This document shows positions 1-8,395 of a stretch of DNA of 64,000 bases, piece after piece. Position 1 is the stretch's first letter. Every line of letters starts with the position of its first letter. The notes below the pieces were generated by a model. It saw only the letters and a program-made list of their open reading frames with translations. It was not told the origin of the DNA and did no database searches. Source of the DNA: Akkermansia muciniphila. Lineage in GTDB: Bacteria; Verrucomicrobiota; Verrucomicrobiia; Limisphaerales; BJHT01. A program made the translations under genes and the position numbers. Where the stretch lies: assembly GCA_945861535.1 (NCBI GenBank), contig CAMAUZ010000013.1, forward strand, positions 37,944 to 101,943. Direction: 5' to 3'.

Positions 1-1264
1 CGGCACTGCCTCGCCGCCGGCGGTGGCAGCGCGGTTGGATCACCTGGTCCGCTGCGCCGGTGATCGCGCGGCCGGCAAGTTCGTCGAGCATGTGCGTTTC
101 ACGGGTTTTCACTTCACCGACACAACGCACAATCTGCACCAGGAATACTACACGCCGGATGACGCCTGCATCCGGCTGTCGTTCGCCAGAAACGTCGAGG
201 TCCGCAACTGCGAGTTCCGTTGGTGCGCTGGTTATGCGATGAAACTCAGTGAACGTGCCGAGCAGTGCGTCCTGGCGGAAAGCAAGCTGGAGCACCTGGG
301 CATGGGCGGTGTGGTCATGCGGGGAGGCACCCGGGACCAGGCGCACCATTGTTCGGTGGTGGCCAATCAGATGAACCACCTGGGCCTGATCTACAAGCAT
401 GTGGCGGGCGTTTACATCACGTCGGGCAGCGACCACTACATTGCCCACAACCTCATCACCGACCTGCCGCGCTACGCCATCTCTCTCAAGAGCCAGGGGG
501 TGGACAACCTGGCGCATCGAAACGTGGTCGAGTACAACGATATCAGGCACGCCAACATGGAAACCAGCGACACCGGAGCGATCGAGAGCCTGGGCTATGA
601 GCGACAAGCCAGTGGTAATGTCTTCCGACACAATCGCATTCTCGACACCATTGGCATGGACACCACGGCCGACGGTAAGTTCCAGTCACCGCACTTCTCC
701 TGGGGCATCTATCTCGACGACGGCAGCAGCGGGACCACCGTGTATGGGAACATCGTCGCCCGCACCACCACCGGCGGCATTTGCATCCACGGCGGCAAGG
801 ACAACGTCTTCGAGAACAACATCCTGGTGGACGGTCGAGATCGGCAGATTCACCTCCACCCCGAGCGCGACCCGATGACCGGCAATCGCTTTGTCCGCAA
901 CATCGTCGCGTACTCCCGGCCCGAGGCCGAAGTCATCTATCTCTTTCAGTCTTGGAAGAAGAATCAACCGGGGCGCTTCTCCGAGAGTGACTTCAATCTA
1001 TTCTGGCTGACCAAAGGCGATCTCAAGCGGCTCGGCACAAAGAACACCCCCAACGGTCCGTTCGCCGCGTGGTTGGCTGCCGGCTTCGATAAGCACTCGG
1101 TCATCGCCAACCCCAAGTTTGTCAATCCGCAGGTGGATGACTATCGACTCGCCCCCGACTCACCCGCCCTCGCGCTTGGCTTCAAGCCGATCCCGGTGAA
1201 CCTGATCGGCACCGACGGCTGGAGCAAGCGGGGCCGTCCGTTGCGGCTCGAGACGGCGCGGTAG
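1..1264 (+). CDS. Right-handed parallel beta-helix repeat protein, 5'-truncated by window edge (pectate-lyase fold, glycan-active enzyme-like)
   Basis: ORF 23..1264 stays open in frame back to base 2. Periodic beta-helix turn motifs are present (HNLITD, YNDIRH, HNRILD, GNIVAR, ENNILVDG, RNIVAY). TAG stop at 1262-1264. Confidence 0.7.
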   Translation, partial: GTASPPAVAARLDHLVRCAGDRAAGKFVEHVRFTGFHFTDTTHNLHQEYYTPDDACIRLSFARNVEVRNCEFRWCAGYAMKLSERAEQCVLAESKLEHLGMGGVVMRGGTRDQAHHCSVVANQMNHLGLIYKHVAGVYITSGSDHYIAHNLITDLPRYAISLKSQGVDNLAHRNVVEYNDIRHANMETSDTGAIESLGYERQASGNVFRHNRILDTIGMDTTADGKFQSPHFSWGIYLDDGSSGTTVYGNIVARTTTGGICIHGGKDNVFENNILVDGRDRQIHLHPERDPMTGNRFVRNIVAYSRPEAEVIYLFQSWKKNQPGRFSESDFNLFWLTKGDLKRLGTKNTPNGPFAAWLAAGFDKHSVIANPKFVNPQVDDYRLAPDSPALALGFKPIPVNLIGTDGWSKRGRPLRLETAR

Positions 1265-1566
1265 AGCCGGTTGGAAAACCCCGGCTGGAGTTCCGCGCTG
1301 ACGCGGCCCGCCGGTCGCGCGCCGCCTGAACCACGGATCACCAAAAGGTACGGAGACGTGGCACCTGCGATTACGGTGAGCCGCGAGAGACAGGCAAGGC
1401 ACCCCCGGGCGGAATTGCGGTTGGTGCGCAACATCGAAAGCTTGACCATTCTCGTGGATGACCGCCTGCTGCGAGGCCACGGCGCAGCGGTTGGCGCCCG
1501 TGCGCCGAAGCTGCCCGGCAAAGGCAGTAGCGACCAAACTCCAGCACATCGCCGAAGCTCAACATC

Positions 1567-2838
1567 ATGCGCAAACACACTCTCACCCTGCTTGCTTTAT
1601 TAGTCGTGAGCACCGCCACTGTCTCGGCCGACGACCGGGCAGTGGTTGACACTCTGCACGCCCAGGCAACGAGCGGGAATACCAAGGCCCAAGTCGATCT
1701 CGCCTTTCGCTATCGCGACGGAAAAGGCGTCGCCAAGGACGACACCGAGTCCATGAAGTGGGCGCACCGCGCAGCGGACAGCGGCAATGCGGATGCGATG
1801 GAGCTTGTCGGCTTCGTGTATCTCCGTGGTGCGGTAGTTAAGCGCAATCCCGACATCGCGTTCAGCTATTTCAAAGCGGCGGCGAATGACTCGTCGCAGG
1901 CGGCATTCCACCTCGGTCAGTGCTACTTCGGCGCGCAGGGCACGGAGCAGGACATCCCGAAGGCGCTGGAGTGGTGGAAAAGGGCCGCGGAACGCGGACA
2001 CGGCCGCGCGGCCTCGACGGCGGCGATGGCGTATCGCTCCGGCGAAGCCGTCGCAGCCGATGCAGGCCTCGCGCGAAAACTCGCTGAACGAGCGGCGGAA
2101 CTGAACGATCCCTCAGGCCTCATCGTGCTCGGCGAAATCCAATTCCAAGCCGGCGAACTCGACGCCGCAAAAGCGAACTGGACGAAAGCCTCGAAGCTCC
2201 ATGCGACCGGTGCGACGGGCCATCCCGCGCAGCCATCCGGCAACGCCTCCGCGCAACAGGGTGCCGACCTTTTGAAGCTCGCCGACTACCGCCGTCGCAA
2301 GAGCGAACCGGGCAAGTTCGCGTTCGTGCAGATGCCCCACATTCATCAGGGCTACAACAACTGTGGGGCCACCGCGTGCGCGACGTTTGCGCGATTCCAA
2401 GGTGGCAAGATTGGCGGATGGGATTTCAAGAAGCTCTGCCCGTCGCCGCTCGGCACTGGCACCGACTGGTGGCACCTGCTCGACGCCTCCGCGAAGATCG
2501 GCCAGCGCTGGAAGCTCGTCACGTACACGCCCGACGACGCGGGATTCGCCGACGCTACTGCGATGTTGAAGCGCGAACTCGACGCGGGCCGTCCGGTCGT
2601 CGTGGATTTCAAATACATCGGCCCGCAATACCCCGGCGGCTTCGCGGGCCATACGCTGAGCGTCTGCGGCTACATCGCCGATGAAAATCTCTACATCCTC
2701 TGCAACCCCGCCGTCGCCTCGCCCGGCCTCCAACTCATCACGGCGGACGATTTGAAAAACTTCTGGCGCTCCGACTACTACGGCGCCCGCGCCAAAGCCG
2801 TGCTTTCGCGGCCGGCATTTGTCAGCGACAACCATTGA
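1567..2838 (+). CDS. Secreted Sel1-like repeat protein fused to a C-terminal peptidase C39-like (papain-fold) domain
   Basis: Signal-like N-terminus LTLLALLVVSTATVSA. Several Sel1-type repeats (GNTKAQVDLAFRYRDGKGV, GNADAMELVGFVY, AFHLGQCYFGAQG). C-terminal QGYNNCGATACATF (Cys) and GHTLSVCGY (His) motifs. Confidence 0.65.
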   Translation: MRKHTLTLLALLVVSTATVSADDRAVVDTLHAQATSGNTKAQVDLAFRYRDGKGVAKDDTESMKWAHRAADSGNADAMELVGFVYLRGAVVKRNPDIAFSYFKAAANDSSQAAFHLGQCYFGAQGTEQDIPKALEWWKRAAERGHGRAASTAAMAYRSGEAVAADAGLARKLAERAAELNDPSGLIVLGEIQFQAGELDAAKANWTKASKLHATGATGHPAQPSGNASAQQGADLLKLADYRRRKSEPGKFAFVQMPHIHQGYNNCGATACATFARFQGGKIGGWDFKKLCPSPLGTGTDWWHLLDASAKIGQRWKLVTYTPDDAGFADATAMLKRELDAGRPVVVDFKYIGPQYPGGFAGHTLSVCGYIADENLYILCNPAVASPGLQLITADDLKNFWRSDYYGARAKAVLSRPAFVSDNH

Positions 2839-2884
2839 AAACAATTCCCGCTCCCTTCCATACTGCCCACCACCCGAACAAATC

Positions 2885-4081
2885 ATGAAACCAATCCAAA
2901 TTCTCTCGCTCACTTCCCTACTCTTCGCGACTCAGCTTCACGCAAAACCGCTGCAAGTCTTCATCCTCGCCGGACAGTCGAACATGCAGGGCCACGCCAG
3001 GATCAGCACCTTCGAGCACATCGGCATGGACCCGGCGACGAAGCCGATGCTCGTGGAGATGCTCGGCGCGGATGGGAAGCCGAAGATTTGCGAGCGCGTG
3101 TGGATTTCAGCCATCGGCAGCGCGGAGGCGGAGCAAACGGGGAAGCTGACGGCGGGCTTCGGCGCTTCCACCGAGAAAATCGGACCGGAGTTCACGTTCG
3201 GCCTCTACATGCAGAAGTTCACCGACGCGCCCATCCTGCTCATCAAGACTGCGTGGGGCGGCAAGAGCCTGAACACCGACTTCCGCCCGCCCAGCGCCGG
3301 GCCGTATGTGTTCAATGAAGCGCAACTGGCCAATTTTCAAAAACAGGGCAAGGACGTGGCGGCGATGAAGGCGGAGAAGGCGAAGGTGACCGGCGTGTAT
3401 TACCGGCTGATGATTGAGCACGTGAAGAAGGTGCTCGCGGATCCGAAGCGCGTGGTGCCCGGATACGACGCGGCGCAGGGCTATGAACTCGCGGGCTTCG
3501 CGTGGTTCCAAGGCTGGAACGACATGGTGGACGGCGGCACCTATCCGAATCGCGATCAGGCCGGCGGCTACGATGCCTACACCACGGCGATGGCCCATTT
3601 CATCCGCGATGTGCGCAAGGAATTGAACGCGCCGAAGCTGCCCTTTGTCATCGGCGTGATTGGCGTGGGCGGACCGACCGCCGAGTACGGCCCCGACCAG
3701 CAACGCTACAAAGGCACGCACGAAAACATCCGCAACGCCATGGCCGCACCAGCACAGATGCCGGAGTTCAAAGGCAACGTCGCAGCGGTGCTGACGGAGA
3801 AATATTGGGACAAAGAACTGACCGCGGCGAAGGCGAAGGACGGCGCGATCCGACAGCAGGCGAAGAAGCTCGCGGCCGACAAGAAATTGAAGCCTGCTGA
3901 GGAGCGGGCGGCGCTCGAGAAAATGCGTACGGAGGGACTGACCGAACGCGAACGGCAGGCGCTGGAGAAAGGCATCTCGAACCTCGAATTTCACTATCTC
4001 GGCTCGGCGAAAATTCTCGGCGGAGTCGGCAGGGGTTTCGCCGAGGCGATGGCCGGGCTGAAGGGGTTGGCAAAAGAGTGA
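2885..4081 (+). CDS. Sialate O-acetylesterase-like carbohydrate esterase (DUF303/SGNH-like) with Lys/Glu/Ala-rich C-terminal tail
   Basis: Signal peptide MKPIQILSLTSLLFATQLHA. FILAGQSNMQGHA catalytic-Ser motif and WFQGWNDM are present. ATG 2885 is the first Met after the upstream stop in the 2819..4081 ORF. Confidence 0.75.
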   Translation: MKPIQILSLTSLLFATQLHAKPLQVFILAGQSNMQGHARISTFEHIGMDPATKPMLVEMLGADGKPKICERVWISAIGSAEAEQTGKLTAGFGASTEKIGPEFTFGLYMQKFTDAPILLIKTAWGGKSLNTDFRPPSAGPYVFNEAQLANFQKQGKDVAAMKAEKAKVTGVYYRLMIEHVKKVLADPKRVVPGYDAAQGYELAGFAWFQGWNDMVDGGTYPNRDQAGGYDAYTTAMAHFIRDVRKELNAPKLPFVIGVIGVGGPTAEYGPDQQRYKGTHENIRNAMAAPAQMPEFKGNVAAVLTEKYWDKELTAAKAKDGAIRQQAKKLAADKKLKPAEERAALEKMRTEGLTERERQALEKGISNLEFHYLGSAKILGGVGRGFAEAMAGLKGLAKE

Positions 4082-4083
4082 GG

Positions 4084-4177
4084 GTAAAAGACGGGATTCA
4101 AAGTCCAGCGCCCGGGTCGCCACCCGCCCCTGCCCAAATCACGTCCGTCATTTTTACCCCCCATCTTTTACCAGCCT
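4084..4177. repeat. Degenerate relative of the palindromic element family (GGTAAAAGACGGGA ... TTTTTACCCCCCATCTTTTACC)
   Basis: Shares the 14-mer CCCCATCTTTTACC (4159-4172) with the copy at 37043-37056. Also shares GGTAAAAGA(C/T)GGGA with arm A of other copies. The outer GCCGGCAAAAAGATG part is absent. Confidence 0.35.
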
Positions 4178-4330
4178 ATGAAGCTCCCGTTCATTCTCGC
4201 AAAACTGTGCGCGAAACGACTGAGCAACTTCGAGTTCCACCATCTCGGCTCGGCGAAGATTCTGAGCGGCGTCGGCAAAGGTCTGGCCGAGGCGATGGCG
4301 GAACTCAAACAGCTCAAGTCGGCGAAGTGA
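4178..4330 (+). pseudogene. Relic 3' end (50 codons) of a second sialate-O-acetylesterase-like gene
   Basis: Translation ...NFEFHHLGSAKILSGVGKGLAEAMAELKQLKSAK parallels the last residues of the upstream esterase, NLEFHYLGSAKILGGVGRGFAEAMAGLKGLAKE. The similarity is also visible at DNA level. No catalytic domain. Confidence 0.6.
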
Positions 4331-4456
4331 TGAAATCCCCGCGCCTTTCGCTCCATCGTGTGCAACCCACGCTTGTTCCACGCGAACCTATGTTGACGGA
4401 TGCCTGACACGGCGAGAGGCTACCATCGGCCGCATGAATACCCATCAACTAAGCGA

Positions 4457-6961
4457 ATGAAGAACCTCACCGCCGCCTTCAGTTGTCTTGCCGCCGTGAT
4501 TTTCGGATCGGCCCGACTCCCCGCGCAGACGCAGAGCGCCTTCCGCATTGCGCCGGCGGCGGAGCAGCTTCTCGGCACCCACTGCTCCTCCTGCCACGGC
4601 CCCGACAGCCAGAAAGGGGATGTGCGCTTTGACACGCTGGGCGCGCTGCCGCTCGCGGAACGGCTCGCTTTGCTGAACCGCATGCAGGAGCAAACCTTCA
4701 TCGGGCAGATGCCGCCGAAGAGCCGGAAGTCGCAGCCGACGTCGGCGGAGCGGCAGGCGTTGCTGGAGTGGATGGGCGGCGAGCTGCGCGTCCACAACGC
4801 CTCGACGCTGGAGGACAAGCTGCGCCTCCCGGCCTACGGGAACTATGTGGATCATGACCGGCTGTTCAGCGGCGAAATCGCGGATGCGCCCTTCACGCCG
4901 GCGCGGCGCTGGCTCGTAAGCCCGCAGATTTTTTCCCAACGGGCGAGCGATATTTTTGGTCCGCCGGGGCATGGTCGCCCGGCGAGCCTTTACGGAGTGA
5001 CGATTCCCTTCGTGCTGCCCGAGGCGTCCGGCGTGCGGTATTATGACAACGAATCGCTCGATGGCGGCGCGCTACTGGTCATGCTCGCGAACGCGGACTG
5101 GATTTCGCAGAAGCAGGTGCTCGGTGCGCGCGTGAAAGCCGGCGAGTTGAAGCCCGAGGATTTGCCGAACAGGCAGGACCGCTGGGTGCCGAAAAATTAT
5201 CCGGCGGCGTTCGATGCGATTGTGCTGAAAAAGTCCGCGCCCACGGACGCGGAAATCACCGAGGCGGTGCGCGCGCAATTTGCCAGTGTGCTGCAGCGCA
5301 AACCCGGCGAAGCGGAATTGGTGAAGTATGCCAAGCTGACGCGCGACGCCATCGCGATTGGCGGCAACACGGAAGGTTTGCGGCAGACGTTGCTGACGGT
5401 GCTGCTGGAGTCGGAGTTTCTCTACCGCTTGGAATTTGGTGCGGGGCCCGCAGACCGCTTTGGCCGAAAGATGCTCGCGCCCCGCGAAGGAGCGTATGCG
5501 CTGTCCTACGCGCTCGGCGACCGCGGTCCGGATGCGAAGCTGCTGCAGGCCGTCGAGCAGGGGCGGCTCGCCACGCGCGAGGACTACCAGCGCGAGGTGC
5601 TGCGACTCCTCGACGACAAGACCTACTTCGCCGCCGAGATTGACCCCAACATGGGCGGCAAAGTCGTCCGCACCGTCGTCAGCCACCCGCGCATCAACCG
5701 TTTCTTCCGCGAATTTTTCGGCTACCCGATGGCCACCCGCGTTTTCAAAGACCCCGAGCGCGGCCTCGGCATCTACCAAAACCCGGACCGCGGCACCACC
5801 GGCACGCCTGGCTTCCTCGTCAACGAGGCCGACCGCCTCGTGGAGGCGATTCTCCAGCAAGACAAGGATGTCTTCGCCACGCTACTCACGACTGACCGCT
5901 ACATCGTCTATTACGACCGAACGCCCGAGGCGGGCCGCGCGATTATCGCCGAGTGGCGGAAAGTGTGGGACGCCCTCAAAAACAAACCGTGGAAAACCGA
6001 ACCCGAAAAAGTCATCGCCGAAAACAAAGCCGTGTTTGCCGGTCTGAAACACTTCCGCCTGCCCGAGGGGCAGCACCAGAGACGCGAGTTCGTCTGGCAC
6101 ATGTGGTTCTTCAACGACTACTTCGACAAGGGCCTCACGCCGTTTACCACCATCTCCACCGCCCACGGCTACTACCTCAACCACTCGCCCTTCTATAACC
6201 TGCCGCCGACGCCGCTGCGGGGACGTTATACCCCCTTGGAAAATCGGAACTTCAAAGGCTTGGACCAAGCGACATTCTGGGATTACCCGCTGGAGCAGCC
6301 CTTCAAAATCGCCAACCGCAAAGGCATCCTCACGCATCCCGCGTGGCTCATCGCCCATTCGCTGAACACGGAAACCGACCCCGTCCGCCGGGGCCGATGG
6401 ATTCGCGAAAAGCTTCTCGCCGGACGCGTGCCCGACGTGCCCATCACGGTGGACGCCAAGGTTCCCGAGGACCACCACAAGACTCTTCGCGAGCGTCTCG
6501 AAAAAATCACCTCCGACCAGCAGTGCATCAAGTGCCACCAATACATGAACCCGCTCGGACTGCCCTTCGAGCAGTTCGACGACTTTGGCCGCTTCCGCGC
6601 GCAGGAGGCACTGGAACACGCCGAAAACATCGTCGGCAAGACGCCCGGCCCGAAGACCGACTTCCCGATTTACAAAACGCTGCCCGTGAACCCGCGCGGA
6701 GCACTCGACAGCACCGGAGCCGCCGCGCTCGACGGCGAGGTGAAGGACGCCTTCGACATGATTGACCGCATCGCAAAATCTCCGCGCGTCCGCCAGTCTT
6801 TCATCCGCCATGCGTTCCGCTTTTTCATGGGGCGAAATGAAATGCTCTCCGATTCGCGGACACTAATAGAAGCCGACAAAGCCTATCTCCAAAGCGGCGG
6901 CAGCTTCCGCGCCGTCGTTGTTTCGCTGCTCACTTCCGACTCGTTTCTCTACCGCAAATAA
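4457..6961 (+). CDS. DUF1592/DUF1588-family protein with N-terminal planctomycete-type cytochrome c motif (pair 1)
   Basis: Signal peptide MKNLTAAFSCLAAVIFGSARLPA. N-terminal CSSCHGPDSQKGDVRFD followed by GQMPPKSRKSQP. C-terminal HPAWLIAHS...DPVRRGRWIREKLL and a second CIKCHQYMNPLGLPFEQFDDFGRFR motif. Confidence 0.8.
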   Translation: MKNLTAAFSCLAAVIFGSARLPAQTQSAFRIAPAAEQLLGTHCSSCHGPDSQKGDVRFDTLGALPLAERLALLNRMQEQTFIGQMPPKSRKSQPTSAERQALLEWMGGELRVHNASTLEDKLRLPAYGNYVDHDRLFSGEIADAPFTPARRWLVSPQIFSQRASDIFGPPGHGRPASLYGVTIPFVLPEASGVRYYDNESLDGGALLVMLANADWISQKQVLGARVKAGELKPEDLPNRQDRWVPKNYPAAFDAIVLKKSAPTDAEITEAVRAQFASVLQRKPGEAELVKYAKLTRDAIAIGGNTEGLRQTLLTVLLESEFLYRLEFGAGPADRFGRKMLAPREGAYALSYALGDRGPDAKLLQAVEQGRLATREDYQREVLRLLDDKTYFAAEIDPNMGGKVVRTVVSHPRINRFFREFFGYPMATRVFKDPERGLGIYQNPDRGTTGTPGFLVNEADRLVEAILQQDKDVFATLLTTDRYIVYYDRTPEAGRAIIAEWRKVWDALKNKPWKTEPEKVIAENKAVFAGLKHFRLPEGQHQRREFVWHMWFFNDYFDKGLTPFTTISTAHGYYLNHSPFYNLPPTPLRGRYTPLENRNFKGLDQATFWDYPLEQPFKIANRKGILTHPAWLIAHSLNTETDPVRRGRWIREKLLAGRVPDVPITVDAKVPEDHHKTLRERLEKITSDQQCIKCHQYMNPLGLPFEQFDDFGRFRAQEALEHAENIVGKTPGPKTDFPIYKTLPVNPRGALDSTGAAALDGEVKDAFDMIDRIAKSPRVRQSFIRHAFRFFMGRNEMLSDSRTLIEADKAYLQSGGSFRAVVVSLLTSDSFLYRK

Positions 6962-6975
6962 AAAAACCACGACCT

Positions 6976-8388
6976 ATGCACCACCGCAGAGACTTCCTCA
7001 AAAACGCCTTCCTCGCCCTCGGCGGACTCTCGCTGCCCGGCTTCCTCCCGCGCCTTTCCGCCGCGCAGACCGTGCCGCTTTTGGGCCGCGCCACGCCGAT
7101 GCGTTTCATCTTCATGCACCGCGGCAACGGTCTCTTCCCCAAAGTCTGTGTGCCGCCAACGCTAGGCGCTGCGGAGCAGGAAAAAGAAAAGCGCAACGAC
7201 GCCTTCGAGGTGGACCTGGACAAACACCAACTCCCCGCGTGGATGGGGCCGCTGGAGGCGCACAAAAAGAACCTCACCATCATCCAGGGTCTCTCCGGAA
7301 AAATGTGTACCGTGGGCCATCACTCGTGGTGCTCCTCGCTCGGCGTCTATAAGGCCAACGAGCGGCCCAGCTCCATCAAATGGGCCACCGTGGACTTCGA
7401 GCTGGCGCGCCTTTTTCCCTCGCCGATGGAGCACATCGAACTGGCCTGCTTCCCCACCGACGGAGGCAATGCGCGCGGCAATCTCGACGGCATCGCGAAG
7501 GGTTTCTCCGCGCGCGGCCCGCAGCAGCCGAACTACGCCTTCGGTTCGCCCAAAATCGCGGTAGAGGAAATCTTCAAATCCGTCGCCGCGGACAAGACCG
7601 GCCAGGTGCAATATCAGCTCCAGCGCAAGGTGCTGGAGTTCGTCGCCGGCCACGAGACCGAACTCGCCCGGCAGCTCGCGGGCATCGAGCAGCGCAAGGT
7701 CGGCAACTACGCCGGCTCCATTGATGACATCCGCGAGCGCAACCGCAAAATTGACCTCATGGCCGACACCGTGCGCCGTCATGTGCCGAAGCTCGACAGC
7801 AAATACCTCGCGGAAAAGATGACCACGCTCGACCGCCAGATGGGCCACGCCGAGGTGCTCCTCGCCTCGCTCATCTCCGGCCTCACGAACGTCGTCTCCT
7901 TCACCGTGGATGAACTCGGCCACCACTACACCGGCATCCCCGGTATCGAAGGCGAAAACGTCAACATGCACGACGTGGGCCACGGCAAAACCATCGGCGG
8001 CCTCGAGGCCGTCGAAATCCGCCATCGCTCCGAGCTGCACCACATGAAGGTCATGGACAAAATCGTCGCCCGGCTGAAAAGCGTTCCCGAAGGCAAAGGC
8101 ACGATGTTCGACAACACGATGATTTTCTATTTCCCGAACAGCGGCGAAACGCATCACGCCCAAGGCACGGAATTCCCGTTCGTCGTGCTCTCCGGCTCGA
8201 ACACCAAACTCAAGCTCGGCAGCCGCTACATCCGCCTGCCCTACTGGGGCAATCCCGGCCACAAAACTCTCGGCAACTTCTACACCACCCTCCTCAACGC
8301 CTACGGCAACCCCATCAAACACTACGGCGACCCGGATCTAGGACTGAAGCTGGAGCAGACTGGCCCGATCCGGCAGTTCCTCTCCTGA
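6976..8388 (+). CDS. DUF1552 domain protein with twin-arginine signal (pair 1)
   Basis: MHHRRDFLKNAFLALGG Tat motif. Conserved GKGTMFDNTMIFYFPNSGETHH block. Starts 14 nt after the upstream stop. Confidence 0.8.
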   Translation: MHHRRDFLKNAFLALGGLSLPGFLPRLSAAQTVPLLGRATPMRFIFMHRGNGLFPKVCVPPTLGAAEQEKEKRNDAFEVDLDKHQLPAWMGPLEAHKKNLTIIQGLSGKMCTVGHHSWCSSLGVYKANERPSSIKWATVDFELARLFPSPMEHIELACFPTDGGNARGNLDGIAKGFSARGPQQPNYAFGSPKIAVEEIFKSVAADKTGQVQYQLQRKVLEFVAGHETELARQLAGIEQRKVGNYAGSIDDIRERNRKIDLMADTVRRHVPKLDSKYLAEKMTTLDRQMGHAEVLLASLISGLTNVVSFTVDELGHHYTGIPGIEGENVNMHDVGHGKTIGGLEAVEIRHRSELHHMKVMDKIVARLKSVPEGKGTMFDNTMIFYFPNSGETHHAQGTEFPFVVLSGSNTKLKLGSRYIRLPYWGNPGHKTLGNFYTTLLNAYGNPIKHYGDPDLGLKLEQTGPIRQFLS

Positions 8389-8395
8389 TTCAAAC

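Noticed and set aside
1265-1286. Hairpin AGCCGGTTGGAAAACCCCGGCT after the first gene as an intrinsic terminator
   Set aside because: It has only 6+2 bp with a bulge and no following T-tract, so it is indistinguishable from chance in GC-rich DNA.
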